A DNA stretch of 64,000 nucleotides from the NCBI GenBank assembly GCA_951406725.2, contig OX597820.1:60512001-60576000 (forward strand). Reading direction: 5' to 3'. The DNA comes from Octopus vulgaris (Eukaryota). Both the position numbers and the translations under genes were made by a program. Below the pieces are notes generated by a model. That model did no database searches, was not told the DNA's origin, and was given only the letters and a program-made list of their open reading frames with translations. Below, piece after piece: positions 12,762 through 26,949 of this stretch. The number at the start of each line of letters is the position of its first letter. The stretch's first letter is position 1.

Positions 12762-13312
12762 CGACAGGCTTCTTTCGGTTTCCGTCTATCAAATCCACTC
12801 ATAAGGCTCTGGTCGGCTCGAGGCTACAGTAGAAGATACTTGCCCAAGGTGCCACGCAGTGGGACGGAACCCGGAACTATGTTGTTCGTAAGCATTATTC
12901 GGTGGCTGTGTGGTAAGTAGCTTGCTAACCAACCACATGGTTCCGGGTTCAGTCCCACTGCGTGGCATCTTGGGCAAGTGTCTTCTGCTATAGCCTCGGG
13001 CCGACCAATGCCTTGTGAGTGGATTTGGTAGACGGAAACTGAAAGAAGCCTGTCGTATATATGTATATATATACATATATGTGTGTGTGTGTGTATGTTT
13101 GTGTGTCTGTGTTTGTCCCCCCCCCACCATCGCTTGACAACCGATGCTGGTGTGTTTACGTCCACGTCACTTAGCGGTTCGGCAAAAGAGACCGATAGAA
13201 TAAGTACTGGGCTTACAAAGAATAAGTCCCGGGGTCGATTTGCTCGACTAAAGGCGGTGCTCCAGCATGGCCGCAGTCAAAGACTGAAACAAGTAAAAGA
13301 ATAAAAAAGAGT
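12762..13312. mobile_element. Head-to-head pair of family A SINEs (partial - copy 12762-12894, + copy 12901-13312)
   Basis: 12762-12894 is the reverse complement of 12923-13055. Confidence 0.85.
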
Positions 13313-13761
13313 AATATCGATATTCATCATGAATTGTGATGGTCTTCAACGTCGTCTTTCGCAGACAATAAGTTTACCATTTATTTATAACATTCATATT
13401 TTCCTCTTCATTTTAATGTTTATGATTGCTAACAGTTCGCTAGTATGCTGGTTGTGTTGGCTGCGAGGTTTTTAAACGAGTGTTGAATTACTTTACAACC
13501 AGCTGTAGTTTGGACTAGTTGAGCATGGTTTTTGTCAGTAAATTAAACGTTTATAAACATTTATATTACTGAAATAACATCGCGTGGATAGGGTTTCTGT
13601 TACACTGATATAAATTCAACAATAATTTAAACTCAGTTTACTTCTAACATTTTCCCGCAATGAAGTGACTGTGGAGTAGGACTGGAAGTGGTTCCTAGAA
13701 ATCTCATGACTGACTTTGATACTTCCTTTCCAAGAATGTTATTATATTTGCCCAACCCTGC

Positions 13762-14120
<359 letters not shown>

Positions 14121-15057
14121 CGAGGAAATGTTTCGATGTACGTTTTATAATTATTTCATAGAACTTATATAGTGAATTTCTTAATTCATATACAGTATAA
14201 GATACTGGTAAAAACTCTGGAAAATCATTCATCCTTTACTCATTTTCTTCTCTCTGGTGATAAATTCTACGTAATAGCTATTTTTATTCTTCTAGGAATT
14301 TATTTTTATTAATGTACTCGCATCCATATCGCAGCAGATATGATAGACCAGTGGTTCATCTCGACAACAGCATCCCCATCGGTGTGTCGTGATCTCATAA
14401 GGGGTGGCATGTTTCAAAGATCGCTAAGATGAGCAGTGGGTGTTTAGAAGGATCATGATTTTTACAAATATAATATTTAAACCAGATAAAATATTTATGT
14501 TTTAAGACCATTCTATAATGCCCCAGCATGGCCGCAGCTCTCGAGCTGAAATTAGTAAAAGAATAAATAAAGGAATAATGTCTCCAGTTCTCTTCAGCTA
14601 TTGTATTTGTTGAGTCTATAGATATATTGGCTGTTTATTTCTCTGGGATTAATCAAATGTTATAGATGTCCCTGGTGAGGACAAAATAAGTTTCTTTTTT
14701 CCAATGTACATATATATACATATGTATTTATATACATACATATACGTTGGGAAAAGCATTAGCTGGTCCAAGGTGCCGAGATTGAGATTGAACCAAAAGC
14801 CACATGGTTGCAAAGCGGGCTTCTTAACCACACAGCTATACCTGCGCCAATGAGAAAAAAACGTTGAAAATAAGTTTCCTATATTATTAGTTTCCCCCAC
14901 CCCCTCTTAATATATTCATATTTTGGCCATTGTTGCATTCTTATTAGAAAATCTTGCTTATTCTGTATTTTATTCCAGTGTTTTGACAACTTTGTCATGT
15001 TCAGTTTTCATATTTATAATTTCTTTATCTCACTTTAATTTTTTTTTTTTATTCCAG

Positions 15058-15171
15058 AGCAACCGTGTTAAGTATAACCAGCAACATTATCTAAATGTAT
15101 TTAATGACGAAGAATCCGTAAAAATGCTTCAAGATTCCTTGAATAGTCCTTCCCTCTTCAAATTGGTTGAG
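15058..15171 (+). CDS. TDO2: TDO2 coding exon
   Basis: Poly-T tract + ccag acceptor, gtaatg donor. SNRVKYNQQHYLNVFNDEESVKMLQDSLNSPSLFKLVE, phase 0-0, in frame with neighbours. Confidence 0.93.
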
Positions 15172-15479
15172 GTAATGTTATTGTAGTTCACAGCATTAAC
15201 GTCTTTAGTGTGGCAATGCCGGTAGTAAAAATAAAAGAGAATTTCACTGGAAGCCGGCATGAAATATCTGAAGGTCATCGAAGTAAAATATATTTTGTAG
15301 CATTAACAGAAACGTTGCCTGTGTTAGCAAATAACTTAGGTGAAATAAACGTCAGAAATACTTTTCCCCACGCAGAAAGGAGTTACTCAGAGGTTTTGCA
15401 AGCTCTTCTAAATATATATACATATCGTCGGCAGGTAATTCAGAGTTACAAGCGTTTTGCCCCTTAGCCCGTACGCCTC

Positions 15480-16180
15480 TTCTGAGTAGAGAAGCGAGGA
15501 GTGAGCTAGTCTTCGCCAACAGAAGGGTTTCACTTGCAGTCTCTCATTATCTATAGCCATCTTGAGCTAGTTTCAGCTACCGTGCCTATTTCTTCGATGG
15601 CTTTCTTCGGTTGTCTCGGTTGGAGACACTTCTTCTGTACGAAATAGCGCATTAATTTAGATGGAAAGCCGCGACAGCTGACTTCAGTGGGGAATGAGGC
15701 CACATGCCAACCTTGGTATTTCGATCTCATTATCTGGTGCGAAATCTCTTGTCTGTCCTCTTAGGGCAGTGTGAGTTCAACAACGGTGATTGTTTTTGTA
15801 TTCCTGGAGAGCAGGAACATAACTAGCCGGAGTGATGTTATCACTGTCTCTTCTGGGGAGACATGTCTGTTCCTCAGGTCCACATGCTTCATTCTGAGGC
15901 TGAATGCAAAATAGAAAACGGGCCCTTTTTCATTACTTTCGTTTTGGGAACTCTGTCACCTTCCTTTGGGGATTTGATACCCTTTGGTGGCGGGGGCTGG
16001 TGTCTATTAGCGTTCATTCTTTGCAGATTAGTCCAATTGGCAATCTCTGCAATAACCTTGTCATGTTTCCACTTGCATCAGCCTTCTCTCAGTGCCCTAA
16101 GGAATCTAACCAAAATGCGCTGTTTGCTGGATGGGTCTTTTTACTGTATTCCACACTTTCAGATGAAACCAGTTGTTAAA
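15480..16180 (-). mobile_element. Non-LTR retrotransposon 3' fragment with restriction-like endonuclease (HERO-like), degenerate
   Basis: Minus frames give TITVVELTLP*ED and QGWHVASFPTEVSCRGFP...AETSSRWL, resembling the PVEVGCRGF motif of HERO-type elements. Confidence 0.65.
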
Positions 16181-16874
16181 TAGTCAAATCAGTTAAATAA
16201 TCAAATCTGTTTAGAAATCTCCGAGAAATCCTAGTTTCTTTATGATTACTTCAAGACATGCATAATGCCTGTGGTTATACTTTGAACCATACAAAATTTT
16301 AAAGCTTTTTTTTTTTCATAGATAGAACGAATATTTCTTTCTACTTCCGTTACTGAAGAGCCTCTTTTGAATTAATTCAGCATGCAGTGTTTCAAGATTG
16401 TAAAATCGATTCCGATTTTAACTACTATGGTATAAAATAATCTGCAAAAGAAAGAATAAAAAATATTAGAGTGCTAAATAATATTAGTATATGTAAGTTT
16501 AATCTAACTGTTTCTTGTTAAAGCGTCACTATTCAAACCAACTGCTTTGGTAGAGATGATATTTTCGATTGGATACGGTCAAATATTGTCACTGCACAGC
16601 GGTTGGCCTCAGGGAAGAGAGAGACGGCCTAAAGTAGATGCACAGTCATCAAGACCAGAACCCCACCTATCTGATAATCATTTCTAGCCTTTGTTCGGAA
16701 GTGCAACGGGAGTCTAATAGAGATGACAACTGACAGGTAAACGAAGTATACCGTTCTAGCTCAGGAGGAAACTAAATGATTTCTCCACAGTTTTAGATAA
16801 GTTAGGCTCCAAAAGAATGAGGAATTTCTTTACGGTTGATTTGCAAAAGATAGGAAGGTGGACTAAATTTCGCT

Positions 16875-16954
<80 letters not shown>

Positions 16955-17288
16955 ACGCTGGCTGACTCATGTCTTTTCGTGTATTCGTTATATTTTAGAA
17001 GTTTTTTTTTTCAGTGGATAGTGTATGCAAATATGTATGGTTTAAGGGATTCTGAAAGCTGGAATACTTGCTACATAACCTTTGATAAATTAATCTAGAG
17101 GTATATCGCAATTTGCAAAACTACAGTTTCTCCCAGCTCTTTGCATTCTGAGCACAAATTCTGCTGAGATCAACTTTGCCTTTCATCCTTTTGGGGGACG
17201 GTAAAATAAGTACCATTTGAGCACTGAGGGCGATATAATCGATTAGCCTTCTCCACAAAATTTCAGGCCTTGTGTTCATAACAGAAAA

Positions 17289-17354
<66 letters not shown>

Positions 17355-17357
17355 TAC

Positions 17358-17406
<49 letters not shown>

Positions 17407-17687
17407 GAAAGACGATGAAGTGACAGAACCGCTAGCTCATCGAGGAAAGTACATGGCAGCATTTCGTCCGTCTTTATGACCTAAATTCAAATTCTAACGA
17501 GGTCGACTTTATGTTTCATCCTTTCATGTTCGATAAAATAAACTACTAGTCAAGTACTGGGGTCAATGTAATCGATTCCCCCCTCTCTCAAAATTCTAGG
17601 TTTTGTTCCTATAATAGAAAGGATTATTATTATTATTATTATGGAAGATGGAAGAATCCTTAAACTTACCATTGTATTTTACTTTAA

Positions 17688-17852
<165 letters not shown>

Positions 17853-18164
17853 TAATAGTGAGCATGCATTGTTTCAATAAATAGATTCTGTTGAGGCTGA
17901 AACACCTGTCCAAAGCCATCCAACTGTCTCCATACAGTTAGACTACCCTTTTCTTTAATAGCCTGTCAAATTTGGAGAATTCTTAAGTTTTTTTGAAATT
18001 GTCTCCCCTTCTTATTTAGAATTAGTCCCAGTTACGACCAGACGATTATTTTACCTTCTCTGTAACAAAAGATATAATTTCAATAGGCCAAGGCCGTTTT
18101 TTAATATATCGTTATTCATCTTTGTTGTTGGTACTTTGTGTGTGAGTTTAACATAATCGTCATC

Positions 18165-18199
<35 letters not shown>

Positions 18200-18229
18200 G
18201 TAAATGTAATATGTGACAATTATTCAGTA

Positions 18230-18299
18230 GCCATGATAAAACTCCGAGTTTCGGATGCCGAGGTGGAAATCCACGCCGCCATCTCTTCAGTTATCCGGC
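18230..18299 (-). ncRNA. Type I hammerhead ribozyme motif with intact core, inside a putative PLE-derived repeat (~18198-18420)
   Basis: Minus strand reads gccg-GATAA-CTGAAGA-GATG...GTGGA tt TCCAC...CATC-C-GAAA-CTCGGAG-TT-TTATC-atggc. Stems I, II and III all pair; GUU cleavage triplet. Confidence 0.7.
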
Positions 18300-18736
18300 T
18301 ATCGGAAAAATGCTATGAAAAATGACTGTTATACAAAGGGAAATTACTGTGTAATTGACCGTTATTAAGACGAAAGAGCTAGTCGAATGACCGCTAAGTT
18401 AGGGGGGTAAAAAAGTTCATAGTATTCGCGTAAGCATGTCTGTTCATACCTACACATGTGCGCCCGCACACCCATGTATGTGCGCCTAAAAGTATACGTT
18501 CATCCACCCTCACTTGAAAACGTACATATCTTCACTCTCATCCTTCGCCAAATTTATATGTATATACATACAAACCCACACACACCTTAAAGGTTAATAC
18601 ACACGTCTATATACGCACAAGAACAAGAAAAAAACAGAGTTAAGGGTAACAATGCAGAAAAAAGGGGCAAGGGAGTATAAAGAGTAAACCACGTCTACAA
18701 GGGTATGTGCGTATGTAGACGTGGTTTACTCTAAGT

Positions 18737-18808
18737 TATGGAGACATAAACACACCAGCATCGGTTGTCAAGCGATGTGGGGGGACAAACACAGACACAC
18801 AAACATAT

Positions 18809-18859
<51 letters not shown>

Positions 18860-19028
18860 CACATACGACGGGCTTCTTTCAGTTTCCGTCTACCAAATCC
18901 ACTCACAAGGCTTTGGTCGGCCCTAGGCTATAGTAGAAGACACTTGCCCAAGGTGCCACGCAGTGGGACTGAACCCAGAGCCATGTGGTTGGTAAGCAAG
19001 CTACATACCACACAGCCACTCCTACGCC
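18737..19028 (-). mobile_element. SINE family A, 5' two-thirds
   Basis: Reverse complement of family A head and body. Confidence 0.8.
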
Positions 19029-19699
19029 TACATATATATACTGCATGTATATATAAATATATATACTATATATATATATATATATATATATATTAATAAA
19101 TAAAACATATGCATATATATATACATATATGTACGTACCTACCTCTACATGTATATATACACGCATATATGGGTACAGGACACCAAAAGAAACGTTGAAC
19201 ACAATGAGAAACGAAAACATAAACACAAAACCAAGGAACTGCACATTTTTCTTAAACAAAAAAAAAAAAAAAATAGAGTACAGGACAAATAACACAAGGA
19301 AAATTCCCCTTCTTCAGTCGCCATGGTTTCATCTACTCTGGGTTTCGAAGGTGAAGGCGATACGCATCTTCGATAGAAACTTTCCTTCCTGCGAAAAGCA
19401 AATCAAATAAAGTTTGAGATCTTTTTACAGAGGGGTAAAAATGGTAACAAAAACAGGACAGTAACGACAGTACAAAATATAAACAGTAAAAGACAGGACA
19501 AGGAGAATAACAAGACAAGAAGGGCTGTTAAGCCGAACTAAAAAAAGTATTATGAACGCTATTTCTGAGGACGGCGAAGGGAGCAAAGAAAAATGCCGTC
19601 CACACTTCAAGGAAGTCAGGCGAGAAAGACAGTGGCAAAGCTCTCGTTGCAGATTAACGGCGGGAGGGAGGAGCAGGAGGAGTAAGAGAAACGGAGACA

Positions 19700-19719
19700 C
19701 AATGTATATATATATGTAT

Positions 19720-19818
<99 letters not shown>

Positions 19819-19915
19819 ATTATTATTATTATTATTATATTGTATATATATATATATATATATATATTATTATTATTATTATTATTATATTGTATATATA
19901 TATATATATATATTA

Positions 19916-19947
<32 letters not shown>

Positions 19948-20332
19948 TGTATATATATATATATATATATTGTATATATATATAGTATATTATTGTTATT
20001 ATTTTTATTATATTGTATATATTTATATATATATATTGTATATATATATAGTATATTATTGTTATTATTATTATTATTATATTGTATATATATATATATA
20101 TATACACACACATATATTGTATATGTATATTGTATATGTATATTGCATATGTATATTGTATATATATATTGTATATATATATATTGTATATGTATATATT
20201 GTATATATATATATTGTATATGTATATATTGTATATATATATTGTATATGTATATATATATATTGTATATTCATATATTGTAAATATATATATATATATA
20301 TATATATATACTGTGTGTGTATTTATATATAT
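19700..20332. repeat. Compound (TA)n/(TTA)n/ATTGTAT low-complexity array
   Basis: Direct inspection; ends ~25 nt before the 57-nt TDO2 exon. Confidence 0.9.
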
Positions 20333-20356
20333 AAATCCATTTCTGATTATTTGCAG

Positions 20357-20413
20357 AAGGAGAATGATCCCAAAAAACATGAGGTGATGATGGCGGAATA
20401 TTTAAAGCAGAAG
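20357..20413 (+). CDS. TDO2: TDO2 coding exon (57 nt)
   Basis: ttgcag|AAG...CAG AAG|gttaga. KENDPKKHEVMMAEYLKQK resembles the vertebrate AEFQKQK segment and keeps the frame. Confidence 0.85.
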
Positions 20414-20874
20414 GTTAGAAACAAATTAACTTATTTTTCATGTATGTATGAATAGATAAATAATGAAAGTCTTATTTTACTTTTTTTTAAAGCTCATGGT
20501 CTAGAGTTGAATCTGTGCCATAAACACTTTGTTTATTATGAAAATTATAGTGTTTTATTTAATCCAACGTACATAACTGCATATAATTTTCACCACCACC
20601 ATTTATTTATAACTGACTGATTATTTTGTATTATAGATGGTTCGGTCATAAATCTTGTTTGAATTATTTGTATGTACAGAATTATAAAATGTTATAAACT
20701 TTAACGTTATTATTTTTAAAATAATTCTTAATCCCTTCAAATTCAATGTATTTCCTTGTTGGAAAAAAAGTGACAAGTATTGTTTATTGTTGAATAAACA
20801 ATTAAGATAATTGCAAGGAATTATACATATTGGATGTAGCAGAATTATTGATACCTGAAATATACGAACCATAT

Positions 20875-21467
20875 TCTTTTCTACTCTAAGCACAAAGCTC
20901 AAAATTTTTTGGTAGGGGACCAGTCAATTAGATTGACCCCAGTGTGCAACTGGTAGTTAATTTATTGGCCCTGAAAGGATGAAAAGCTAAGTGGACCTCG
21001 GCAGAATCTGAACTCAGAATGTAAAGACAGATGAAATACCTATTTCTTTACAATCCACAAGGGGCTAAACACAGAGAGGACAAACAAGGACAGACAAACG
21101 GATTAAGTTGATTATATCGTCCCTAGTGCATAACTGGTACTTATTTAATCGACTCTGAAAGGATGAAAGGCAAGGTCGACCTCGGCGGAATTTGAACTCA
21201 GAACGTAGTGGCAGACGAAATACCTATTTCTTTACTACCCACAAGGGGCTAAACACGGAGAGGACAGACAAGGACAGACAAGGACAGACAAACGGATTAA
21301 GTTAATCATATCGACCCCAGTGCATAACTGGTACTTATTTAATCAACCCCGAAAGGATGAAAGGCAAAGTCGACCTCAGCAGAATTTGAACTCAGAACAT
21401 TACGGCAGATGAAATACCGCTAAGCATTTTGCCCGGCTTGCTAATGTTTCTGCCAGCTTGACACCTT
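20875..21467 (-). mobile_element. SINE family B with triplicated body
   Basis: Same architecture as 6792-7378 in reverse. Further copies at ~17140-17640 (+), 22078-22289 (-), 45306-45529 (+), 47840-48375 (-) and 54990-55421 (-). Confidence 0.85.
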
Positions 21468-22967
21468 ATTATACAAACCATATTGCAATGAATGTTTTAT
21501 TGATACTCACTTGCTGTTTTATTGGGAGTAACTACCAATGAAAAAAAAAAAAGAAAAAAGTAAAGAAATAATATGCTACAATGCAGAATACTGTATTATG
21601 GCCCTGGATAACAGAAAAAAGTCTAAATAAATAATTGACAGATAAAGGGTATCTCTCAAGGATGAGATTTCCACTAGATGGTGAATCATCATCATCCATT
21701 GTTTTAAATCCTGGTTTTTTCCCCATTAACAGGGGTGGTTGGATCTACTTCAATGCCATAACAACCGAGGTAGGCAAGTACAGCCCACCCTAACCTTTGG
21801 GCTGGTTGGTGCCCATTCTCCTTTGCTATCATGTGGCTTTTTTGGAGCTGGATTTTCTACAGGGAGCATACCCTTGCTTACCCCCAACCTCAGTTTCTAG
21901 ACATGAGTGGTCCTGAGACCAAGGCCTTTACTACGATTTTTAAGAAATGTTGTGGAAAACTAGCTCAGGAAGGCAGGGACACTACTCCCTGAGACCCCTT
22001 TTGGAGCCCACCCCCAATTTCTGTGCATAAGTTAAAAGGTCATTGCACACCAGTCATCATTAGACAGAGCTCATAATCTTTTCTAGTCTAGGCACAAGGC
22101 ATGAAATTTTGGAGAGGAGGCAAGTTGATTAGATCGACCTCATTACACAACTGGTACTAATTTATTGACCCCGAAAGGATGAAAAGCAAAGTCGACCTCA
22201 GTGGAATTTGAACTCAGACCGTAAAGACAGACGAAATACTGCTAAGCATTTCACCCAATGTGCTAACGTTTCTGCCAGCTCGCTGCCTTAGAGAGAGCAC
22301 ATAATGAGAACCAAAATCTTGATTCAATTGCAAGGTAGTCTTCAAGTATTGGTGTTGGGGACCAGTCTTTGGTTGCGTACTGGTGTGGCCTTTTAAGACC
22401 AATGGGAGTCGGATTTATTGCTACAAACTTAAAAAGCATTTATTGAATTTTACCTTACTGCCACTGCTTATAGTGGGAAGTTTTTTTCCCCAACTTGTAA
22501 TACTTTCACTTTCTTCAGATAGGTTGGTCTTTTTGACTAACCTATTTAAGTGTATTGTAAAAACTTCCAAAATAATGTATCGGTGATAAGAGAAATCAGA
22601 CTGTCAGTCCTTGGTTAGTTGCTTGGTATGTCAGTCAATTTCATCAACTATGACAGATGATAAATATCAGTAGATTGAATGTTAAAGATGGAGGATTAAA
22701 ATTATTATAAGATGTGATCTACAAATAGATAAGTAGATAAGAAAATAATTCTGGATAATTATTTTGTTAAGTGATCAATAAAATAGATTATTAATTGGAT
22801 GAGTAAATGAAACATGAACAAAAGATTTTAATAATATTTTATTGATGCTTTTTTATATTCTATATTCATATGAGGATCATCAAATTATGCCAAAATCAAA
22901 ACCAAGAACACAAACTTTTCTCTGATAAGATGATAATTTTGTCTTTTTTTTCCTTTCTGTCTTATAG

Positions 22968-23022
22968 GAAAATTTCGATTCAATATTTTCTGATGAAATT
23001 CATGCAAAATATCTTGAAAGAG
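22968..23022 (+). CDS. TDO2: TDO2 coding exon (55 nt)
   Basis: Pyrimidine tract + tag|GAA...AGA G|gtaaac. ENFDSIFSDEIHAKYLER(G), phase 0-1, resembles SLFDEKRHEHLLSKG. Confidence 0.88.
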
Positions 23023-23440
23023 GTAAACATCATTCCATTAATTTTTATATATTCACTAATTCCTGTCAAAATATCTTCAGAAATTTTGTACTGGTTTTCT
23101 TGAATTTTTGAAACAATTTAAGCAGTTAATTTATTTTTAACAGTAAAATAGCTTTTCTCTTTAAATTTTTTACTTTTGATTTTAGCCCCAATTTTAGTTA
23201 GTACATTATCTCACACAGATGTTGTTCATAAAGTAAAACAAATACTTTATCTGCACTTACATGCAGATACCAAAGCGTTAACTCTTGAGTTTCAAGTAGA
23301 GTTCTGAAAGATTATGTTGAAATTCAAACTATTGAATTGTGGTTGCAGTGATGTTACGAAGGTGGAGCAGCCACAATGACGATTGCCCTGGATAAAAATT
23401 TTGAAAAGGAATGAACATATATATGCATATTTAATGCAGT

Positions 23441-23483
<43 letters not shown>

Positions 23484-23524
23484 CATACATACATACACAC
23501 ACACACTCAGATAAATATATACAT

Positions 23525-23590
<66 letters not shown>

Positions 23591-26381
23591 CACTGTGATC
23601 ACCGTGACCAACCAGGCATCAGATGTTGCTACACATCGCTGGTCACAATGCGCTTCGCATTGTTTTAGCCTTCAAATGAAGCCACCCTGCTGGCTAAGCT
23701 AGCATGCCAACAGAAGAAAGAGTGAGAGAAAGTTGTGGTGAAAGAGTACAGTAGGGCTCACCACCACCCCTTGCCAGAGCTCGTGGAGGTTCGGGTGTTT
23801 TCGCTCAATAAACACTCACAACACCTGGTCTGGGAATCGAAACCGCGATCCTACGACCGTGAGTCCGCTGCCCTAACCACTGGGCCATTGCACCTCCACA
23901 CACACACACACACACACATATATAAAGCAAAGTTTGTTAAAAAGTTGAAGAATAATGACAGTGAGGAAAAAGTTGATTAATATATTTTCTAAACTATGGG
24001 AGACAACTCCGGCAGACAAATAATTTAAGCGTTATCATAGCAGTAAAATGTAACTAGATGTAAGCACATCTTACTCCATTATATATTACTTTGCCTTTTT
24101 AATGCTCCATCCATTAAGTATACTGGTGGCTATTCATCTTCTTGCTACTGTTTAGCCAAAGGTCAACTCAGTAGAGCTATTTTCTTAGGTGTTCCTTTTG
24201 TGAATATCCTGTCTTTTTGCATGTCAGAGAGTACGTTGATCAATGAATGTATCTCTGTTTAAGATGGCAAGGTGGGATTTGAGACTAATCTGCCTATTAT
24301 TTCCTGTAGGTCAAGAGTCTTCCTTGTCGGCTCATACTTATTTATCATGTGTTTTTCTCTTAGAATTATTTGGTTCCTAAAATAGGTTGATGTAAGCAGT
24401 CCTAAAAGACTCTAAGAAATTATTGATAAAATCCGCTATAGATTGCCATGCAGTATTCAGAAAGATCTCTTGTGTTTCTCACAAGCAAGCGTAAAACCTG
24501 GAAAGAAGTTTTTCTTTAAAGATAAACCTAAGAGGATTAGCAGACTCGATAGATTGAAGGAGAAAATACCTCGTGACATTATTGTGTTGCATACCTTCAT
24601 ATTTTGAGCTTAAAAAGTATTTAAAAAATAAATATATAAATACAAATAGTCATTATGATGAAATTAATTTTCATCCAGACTGCTTCACGATGCTGTTGAG
24701 GATGATTATGATGATGATGTCTTATTCTGAAAATAATTTTAGAGGTGTATGTATGACTGTGTGGTTACAGAGCTCAACTTGCAACCGCATGCTTTTGGGT
24801 TCAGTTCCACCAGGTGATGCTTTGGGCAATTGGCTTCTATTATAACCTTGAATCTACTTATGCTTTATGAGTGAATGTGGTGGATAAAAACAGTGCAGAA
24901 ACTCATTATATATATATTCGCTATTAGTGATGAAGCAGTATTAGTTCAAAGTAGTATTCTGTATATCTTAACATGGATATACTGTAGAAAACCACAAAAC
25001 TGCAGTACTCATCTCGAGACAGCATCTTGTATATATATATATATAAATAGTGCTATAAAGTACTGAAGTATATCAGTAGTAGACAAAAAGTGTTCAGCAG
25101 TGGAATTGTTAAATCAAGATTTCTGCTTTTTTACACATCATCAGAAGCAAGGATTCACTAGCAACCACATACTTAGACAAATTTAGCATCTACTGATAAA
25201 GAAAAACAGTGATCAATAAATCACTTGTGCACAAGTGTAGCTAGAGTGTGTGCCGCTTGGGGCAGCCCTTCAGTTTGCTGTCCCAGGGCCTCCACAAAAA
25301 ATACATATTGCCTACAACAGACCCGAAAGTGGTGCTGCTCCCATAAAATTTCCACCTAGGGTAGACTGCTCCCTCTTCCCACCTATAGCTACGCTTGTGC
25401 ACTTGTATTGCAAATAGCCAGCAGGTAAAACTTTGCTAAAAGTGATGGGAGCCGTATTAGTTCAAAAATTGCATTCTCTCTATCATTGTTTTTCTGTATA
25501 AATAGAAAATTTGTTTAAGCAAGCATTTGCAAGGAGATACTTGCTACTGATGAAGTTGAAGAAAGCAGAAATCTAGATTTAGTAATTCTACTGGTGCTGT
25601 TGGACACTTTTTGTCTGCTTTTGATAGGCTTCTGTTCTTTTTAGCCCTATATATATCTATATGAGATGCTGTCTCGAGACAAGTACAGCAGTTTTATGAC
25701 TTTCTACTGTATATCTACATTAGGTAAGCTATACAGAATGTTGATGTCACAGCACTGACACTGAATGAAACATATAAAATATGAATTTTTTAAAAAAATC
25801 ACATGGAGGAAGCAATCAAAGGAAGCAATATCTAGAACTTCCTTTTCCATTGATTACATGATATGTTTATGACCAATGTATGACAAGGCCCTCTTAAACT
25901 ATTTAAATTGTTTGGAAGTGTTCTGCTGTATAGTGAGAATAGAAATAGTTCAACTCTCATTGATATGTTAAAAATCTAAAGAAAGGTTTGTAAGTAGCAA
26001 ACTGCAAAAATTTATCATGTGAGAAGAAACTAACCAAATGAAGGATTAGAGATATGAACAAGTATAATAGAAATGTCAAAGGAAATTACAATTCTGAACA
26101 CATTAAAAATAAAACAAAAAAAAACACACACACAAAAACAATTATAGTTCTTCCGAATTTTGGAACAAGGCTAGCAGTTTTGAGGGGAGGGACTTTGTTG
26201 ATTACATCGACCCTTGCATTTGACTGGTTCTTTATTTCATCGTCTTCAGAGGGACGAAATGCAAAGTTGACCCCGGTAGTATTTGAACTCAGAACATAAT
26301 GAATCAGAAGAAATACATAACAGTAATTTCTTCATAATCTGAAATTTTAACATTTCAATGCTTTTTTGCCAAATTTAATTT

Positions 26382-26413
<32 letters not shown>

Positions 26414-26551
26414 CTTGATCATTTTTTTTTTAAATAAATAATTTTGGTGACATTTAGAATTTGATACTAGTGAAAAATTAACTAATGATGAATTGATCTG
26501 AATTGACCAAACATCTTGAGTACTATATTGATTGAAATTCTAATTGATTGA

Positions 26552-26812
<261 letters not shown>

Positions 26813-26949
26813 TAGAATACAAGATTGAAGTGCATAAAGTGTTGTACAAATCTTATTGAAATTTATTTGCTACGTGGACACTTGTTCACTTAAATATAAT
26901 ATTGTATTTGAAATATGTTTTCAAAAATTTTATATATCCACTGAGGCAT

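Noticed and set aside
19305-19385. Hammerhead-like fragments on the minus strand (also 11785-11805 and 29758-29785)
   Set aside because: Core or cleavage triplet missing or only half present.
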